64,000 bases of DNA, taken from assembly GCF_009914755.1 (NCBI RefSeq), contig NC_060943.1; one strand, written 5' to 3'. The notes beneath the pieces are model-generated. The model was not told the DNA's origin and did no database searches. It worked only from the letters and a program-made list of their open reading frames with translations. Shown one piece after another: positions 49,616-64,000 of this stretch. Numbering within the stretch: the stretch's first letter is position 1; every line of letters begins with the position of its first letter. This DNA is from the human T2T-CHM13v2.0 reference genome, Homo sapiens. The translations under genes and the position numbers were made by a program.

Positions 49616-51755
49616 TGAGACAGGATCTTGATCTGTCACTCAGGCTGGAGAGCAGTGGCGCGATCATGGCTTACTGCACCCTCAACCTCCCAGGCTAAGC
49701 CATCCTCCCACCTCAGCCTCTCAAGTAGCTACAGATGCATGCTATGCTCGGCTAATTTTTATATGTTTTGTAGAGATGGGGTTTCGCCATGTTGCCCAGG
49801 CTGGTCTCAAATTCGAAGGCTTAAGTGATCTTCCCACCTCGGCTTCCCAAAGTGCTGGGATTACAGGCATACACCACTGCGCTTGGCCTCACTTATTTCC
49901 TTCCTTCCTCCTTCCTTCCTTCTTTCCTTCCTTCCTTTCCTTTCCTTTTCTTTCCTTCCTTCCTTTCTTTCCTTCCCTTTCTTTCTCTCTCTCTTTCTCT
50001 CTCTGTCCCTCCCTCCCTCCCTTCCTTCCTTCTTTTCTTCCTTCCTTCCTCCCTCTCTTTTCTTTCTTTCTCTATCTCCTTCCCTCCCTCCCTCTCTCCC
50101 TCCCCCCAACCCTTCCTTCCTCCCTTCTGAGACAAGGTCTCACTCTGTTGCCTCCGCTGAAGTATAGTAGCTTGATCTTGGCTCACTGCAGCCTCAACCT
50201 CCCAGTGTCAAGTGATTCTCCTGCCTCAGCCTCCTGAGTAGCTGGGACTGCAGGTATAAACACACCTGGCTAATTTTTTTTTTTTTTTCTGTAGAGATGG
50301 GGTTTCACCATGTTGCCCAGGCTGGTGTTGAACTCCTGGGCTCAAGCAATCTGCTCACCTTGGCCTCCCAAAGTGCTGGGATTTCAGGCTTGAGCTACCA
50401 CGCCCAGCCTCACTTTTTTTTCTTTTTTTTTAAATGGCAGCTTTATTGAGCTGTAATCCACATATCATACCGTTCACTTACTTAAGGTATACAATTCAGT
50501 GCTTCTTGGTGTACTCACAGAATTGTGAAATCATTTCCACAATTCATTTTCAAATATTGTCATCACTCCAACAAGAAACTCTGTACATGCTTAGCACTGC
50601 TTTTCGTTTTCCCAGCCCTAGGCCACCATTCATGTACCTGCTGTCTCTGGGTTTGCCTGTTTTGCACACTTCACATAAGTGGAGCCATGCACTCTATGGT
50701 CTTTTCTTCTTCTTCTTCTTTATTTTTTTATTTTTTGAGACGGAGTTTTGCTCTCGTTGCCCAGGCTGGAGTCAATGGCGCGACCTCAGTTCACCACAAC
50801 CTCCGCCTCCCGGGTTCAAGCGATTCTCCTGCATCAGCCTGTCAAGTAGCTGGGATTACAGGCATGCGCCACCACGCCAGGCTAATTTTGTATTTTTAGT
50901 AGAGACGGGGTTTCTCCATGTTGGTCAGGCTGGTCTCGAACTCCCGACCTCAGCTGATCTGCCTGCCTCGGCCTCCCCAAATGCTGGGATTACAAGCGTG
51001 AGCTAGCGCGCCCAGCCCGTTTCTACTTTAATTTTTTTTTTTTTTTTTTTAGACAGGGTCTCGCTCTATTGCCCAAGCTGGAGTGCAGTGGCATGTTCAT
51101 GGCTGACTGCAGCCTGGGCCTCCTGTACTCAAGTGATCCTCCCATTTCAGCCTCCCCAGTAGCTGGGACTACAGGTGCTTGCCCCTACTACTGGCTAAAT
51201 TTTTATTTTTATTTATTTTATTATTATTATTATTATTATTTTTGAGACAGAGTCTCACTCTGTCGCCTAGGCTGCAGTGCATTGCAACCTCTGCCTCCCA
51301 GGTTCAAGCGATTCTCCCGCCTCAGCCTCCCGAGTATGTGGGACTACTGGCATGCGCCACCAGACCCGGCTAATTTTTGTATTTTTAGTAGAGACAGGGT
51401 TTCACCATGTTGGCCAGGCTGGTCTCGAACTCCCTACCTCAGGTGATCTGCCCGCCTTAACTCCCAAAGTGCTGCGATTACAGGCGTGAGCCACCGCGCC
51501 CGATCCGGGTATATTTTTAAAATATTTTTTGTAGAGATGAGGTTTTGCCATGTTGGCCAGGCTGGTCTCCAACTCCTCGGCTCAAGCGATCAATCCACCT
51601 CTTGACCGGAGATTTCAGAGGTCAGAGGTTAGATACAAGAGTCAAAACCCAAGAAATTAGCTCTGGGCAGACTGAGTTTCGGGTCAGGCAGGGTGAGATG
51701 TGCCAAGCCAAAAGTCTCGATGATGGTGGAGATCAGGACTCAGAGGTCAGAGTGA

Positions 51756-52223
<468 letters not shown>

Positions 52224-52658
52224 TGAGTGCCCCGGGGCCTTGGAACCCTGGCCCCTGGCCACCTCTCATCCTTCCTGCCCACTCCCGGGGTCTCCACTCC
52301 CGGCTTCCCCGCAGCTGGGCAGCAGGTCAAGCCAACCCTGCTGATTGAGAACCCCTCTTAGGAAAGTCGGGCATGACGATTGCCCCAGGGTAATTGGCTG
52401 GCACCTGGAGATCTGGCTTCAGGGACGGCAGGATTCAGGAGAAAACCCCACTGTCCGCCACTCAGCCTCTGCTGCTATTTATTGCTAGGCCTGAAGTTTA
52501 ACAGATATTTATGGGAGCGCCCCGACCTGGGTGCCAACCTCACCTCCTCCCTTCTCTTCCTCCACATAGCTCGTTGGTCCCAGGCCCCTTGCCCTCCTGC
52601 CCCCGACTTTTTCTTTCTTTCCTTTTTTTTTCTTTCTTTCTTTCTCTTTCTTTCTTTT

Positions 52659-52709
<51 letters not shown>

Positions 52710-52941
52710 CTCTCTTTCTTTTCTTTCTTTCTCTTTTCTTTTCCTTTCTTTTCTTTTTCTTTTTCTCTTTTCTTTCTCTCTCTCTCCCTCTGTCCTCTGC
52801 CCCTCTGCCTCCCTCCCTCCTTCCTTCCTTCCTTCCTTCCTTCCTTCCTTCCTTCCTTCCTTCCTTCTATGCTTCCTTCCATCCCTCCAAGCTAAGGGTT
52901 TAACCCTTGCCCTGCCTGCATTATGGAGTATCCTGCATTAG

Positions 52942-53244
<303 letters not shown>

Positions 53245-53703
53245 TGACCAGGCTGGTCTTGAACTCTTGGCCTCAAGTGATCCACTGGCCTTAGCCTCTG
53301 AAAGTGCTGAGATTACAGATGTGGGTCACCGTGCCTGGCCAACAACCTGGTGACTGTTTACAAGGGACCTGACACATCCTGAATGGTTGACAGTGATGAC
53401 AGTGATGATCCCTACTCAAGCTTTTCCCAGTAGACACGCTGAGAGGCAGGCTTCCTCTAAGCTATGTTAGCAGTGTTACAAAGTGATTCAACATAAATAA
53501 TTTATTCAAGCAGGGAGCAAGATATGAGAGTTTTGCAGAACACTAATACTTCTGTTTGTAATTTGTTGTATTTTGTATAAAGTGACTTTTGAGATGAAAG
53601 GGCTAAGGCCATATGCTACCATGCTCTAGGATTGCCAGTGATATTTTGGACAGTTTATCAAGCCTACCACTTTCCAGGTGAAAAATGGAAAGATCTCAGC
53701 TTA

Positions 53704-54031
<328 letters not shown>

Positions 54032-54131
54032 CTAATCATCTCCGGAATTGAATGGATGAATCATCCTTTGTTTCGCCAGTTCCCTCTAGATGGACATTTA
54101 GGTTCTCTCTTTCTTTCTTTTTTTGTTTTAA

Positions 54132-54356
<225 letters not shown>

Positions 54357-54542
54357 TAGCTTCACTCATTTCCACACCTGCCATCAGGGTAAGAGAGTGC
54401 CCCCTTGAGGCCATGCTCGACAATGCCTGATACTTTCACTCTAAAATGTAGCTCTCAATTTAACTGAAAAAAAATTTGCCAATTTAATGGGTAAACATGA
54501 CCTCTCCTTGTTATAATTTATGCACTCTTGACTACCAGATAG

Positions 54543-54848
<306 letters not shown>

Positions 54849-55652
54849 TGATCCGCCCGCCTCGGCCTCCCAAAGTGCTAGGATTACAGGCGTGAGCCAC
54901 TGCGACCGGCCACCCTCCCGTTTTTTTAATTGGGGTTCATTGATTTGTATATGTATAAATGTATATACTCCTTATACTCTGGATCCTAATCCTCGGTAGT
55001 TTTGTTGGTCTTAATATCTTCATATCTTCTCGAAGTCTGTGGCTTGTCTTTTCACTTTCACTTTTGTATGTTTCTTTTCTTTTCTTTTTTTTGAGCCTGC
55101 CTCGGCCTCCCAAAGTGCTGGGATTACAGGCGTGAGCCACCGCGTCTGTCCATACACTAGGTTTTTAATCCATCCAAAGTTTAAGTACATGAGGATGCAA
55201 AATAGGGGTAGAATTTTTATTTTCCCCATAGGAATTATTGATGTTTACTGGCCGTTTGAACGTCCTCTGTGAATTGTACGTGGTATCCTTTATCTGGCTT
55301 CCTTCCTTTTGCGTATTAGTTTGTAAGGACTCTATATGTTTTGCCTTTTATAGGTTGGACAGATATTCCGGCAGTTTTTCCAGCTTGATTCTTACAGGGA
55401 CCAGCTCTTTGCTAAGGCCATCGTTCATTCAGTCATTACTTAATAGGCGCAGCCATTTTAAAAATGGGTGCCAGGGCCCTGCATGGACCAGCTTGGTACT
55501 GAATAAATTTGAGTAAACCCCGGGTGACTGGGAGGGTCCTGGTCCTGCCCGGTGGAGGCTGCAGCTTCCTCTGAAGGATGGCATTGGGAAGACTTCCATT
55601 TTCCTTGGCGTCTTGTGACACTTGACCCTTGTGGCATCTCCCCACACCCCAG

Positions 55653-55785
55653 GCTGACCCCGGGTTTGTACCACCTGGGCCGCACTGTCCTCTGCATCGA
55701 CTTCATGGTTTTCACGGTGCGGCTGCTTCACATCTTCACGGTCAACAAACAGCTGGGGCCCAAGATCGTCATCGTGAGCAAGATG
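55653..55785 (+). CDS. TRPM4: TRPM4 exon 18 (S4 and S4-S5 linker, [11 protein letters not shown])
   Basis: cccag|G ... ATG|gtgagg. Confidence 0.97.
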
Positions 55786-55963
55786 GTGAGGCAGGGGCGG
55801 GGCCAAAGTGGGCGGGGACATAGGGAAAGGGGTGGGGCCAGGGAGGGAGTGGTCCGTGGAGAAGGGGCGTGACTTTGGGGAGCAATGGGGCGTGTTTTTG
55901 GGATATAGGGGTGGGGCCAGAGTAGGAAAGGGCGGGGCCAGACTCAGCCACATCTCCCCACAG

Positions 55964-56138
55964 ATGAAGGACGTGTTCTTCTTCCTCTTCTTCCTCGGCG
56001 TGTGGCTGGTAGCCTATGGCGTGGCCACGGAGGGGCTCCTGAGGCCACGGGACAGTGACTTCCCAAGTATCCTGCGCCGCGTCTTCTACCGTCCCTACCT
56101 GCAGATCTTCGGGCAGATTCCCCAGGAGGACATGGACG
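55964..56138 (+). CDS. TRPM4: TRPM4 exon 19 (S5, pore helix, filter [10 protein letters not shown])
   Basis: cacag|ATG ... G|gtaggg. Confidence 0.97.
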
Positions 56139-56382
56139 GTAGGGGGGATGACGGCCTGACAGCCTTCCTCTGAGTCTCTGTCCCCGCTCCCTGGGTCTCT
56201 GTCCTCCTGGCTCTAAGAAAATATCTGTCTCTCTGAGTCTCTGTCTCCCTCTTTCTCTGGATCTCTGAGTGATACCCTATATTCCCCATCATCATCTCTC
56301 TGGGTCTCTGCCTACCCCACCCCCTCTGTCTTTCTGTCTGTCTTTCTTTTTTCTTTTTTTTTTTCTTTTTTTTTGAGATGGA

Positions 56383-57502
<1,120 letters not shown>

Positions 57503-57704
57503 TGACTGCTCTCTGATCTGACCCCACCCAGCATGACCCGTGGCCCTCTCATGACTCTTGAACCCCGTCTAATGAATTCTGTTTTTAGTCCCTGAACTCT
57601 GATCCAATCTAATGCTGCCTTCTCCCCAAACCCAACCAGACCCTGCTTGTAATTTGGACTTTGGACTGATCCTCTCCCTGAGCCCAGGTTGAACTTCCTT
57701 ATTT

Positions 57705-63111
<5,407 letters not shown>

Positions 63112-64000
63112 TGTAGGGGCCAGCCCTACAAGGTCTGTGGGTTTTTCTCCCCGTGTGCAGAGACAAGAGATTGTAGAAATGAAGACACAAGACAAAGAGA
63201 TCAAAGAAAAGACAGCTGGGCCTGGGGGACCACTACCACCAAGACGTGGAGACCGACAGTGGCCCCTAATGCCTGGCTGCGCTGTTATTTATTGGATACA
63301 AAGCAAAAGGGGCAGGGTAAAGAGTGTGAGTCATCTCCAATGATTGATAAGGTCACGTGAGTCACATGTCCACTGGACAGGGGCCCTTCCCTGTTAGGTA
63401 GCCAAGGCGGAGAGAGAGAGGACAGCTTACATCATTATTTCTTCTATGCTCTTTTAAGAAAGATCAAAGACTTTAATACTTTAATACTTTCACTAATTTT
63501 GCTACTGCTATCTAGAGGGCAGAGCCAGCTGTACAGAGTGGAACATGAAAGTGAAACAGGAGTGTGACCGCTGAAGCACAGCATCACAGGGAGACGGTTA
63601 GGCCCCTGGATAACTGCGGGCGGGCCTGACATCAGTCAGGCCCTCCACAAGAGGTGGTGGAGCAGAGTCTTCTCTAAACTCCCCCGGGGAAAGGGAGACT
63701 CCCTTTCCCGGTCTGCTAAGTAGTGGGTGCTTTTCCTTGGCACTGACGCTACCTCTAGACCACGGTCCGCTTGGTAACGGGAATCTTCCCAGATGCTGGC
63801 GTTACCGCTAGACCAAGGAGCCCTCTGGTGGCCCTGTCCAGGAATAACAGAAGGCTCACACTCTGTCTTCTGGTCACTTCTCATCATGCCCCTTCAGCTC
63901 CTATCTCTGTATGGCTTGGTTTTTCCTAGGTTATGATTGTAAAGCAAGGATTATTATAATATTGAAATAAAGAGTAATTGCTACAAACTAATGATTGATA
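63112..64000 (-). mobile_element. LTR13/LTR13A (ERVK, HML-4-type) LTR inserted in an Alu, cut by the window edge
   Basis: starts tgtaggggccagccctaca; internal ggaaagggagactccctttcccggtctgctaagtag matches the recalled LTR13 consensus. Confidence 0.8.

Noticed and set aside
49092-49667. Protamine-like Arg-rich, Pro-rich and Ser-rich ORFs
   Set aside because: Reading frames of a (CCT)n-type tract adjoining an Alu

Overview
Human genomic DNA, recognisable from the encoded proteins as chr19q13.33. It holds three genes. (1) The last 6 coding exons and 3'UTR of PPFIA3 (liprin-alpha3, + strand, ends ...VRTYSC*). (2) The complete 6-exon HRC gene (sarcoplasmic reticulum histidine-rich Ca2+-binding protein, - strand; exons sum to 2100 nt = 699 aa), convergent with PPFIA3. 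(3) Exons 1-20 of TRPM4 (+ strand, c.1-3131, all GT-AG and in phase), head-to-head with HRC. The introns are packed with Alus, old L1/MIR/MER fragments, solo LTRs and several minisatellites. I found no convincing wholly new gene system. The best leads are: a cis haplotype carrying HRC Ala96 together with TRPM4 Thr101 (both linked to arrhythmia); a C-depleted solo LTR10C that looks APOBEC3-hypermutated; a locally templated 262-bp insertion with a 21-bp target duplication that puts direct repeats around TRPM4 exon 10; back-to-back poly(A) signals between PPFIA3 and HRC; an orphan retrocopied 3'UTR; and one pyrimidine-rich minisatellite present both in the HRC/TRPM4 promoter gap and in TRPM4 intron 3. 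Repeat-family names and reference alleles come from memory and need database confirmation. Repeat coordinates are approximate unless a target-site duplication (TSD) is cited.
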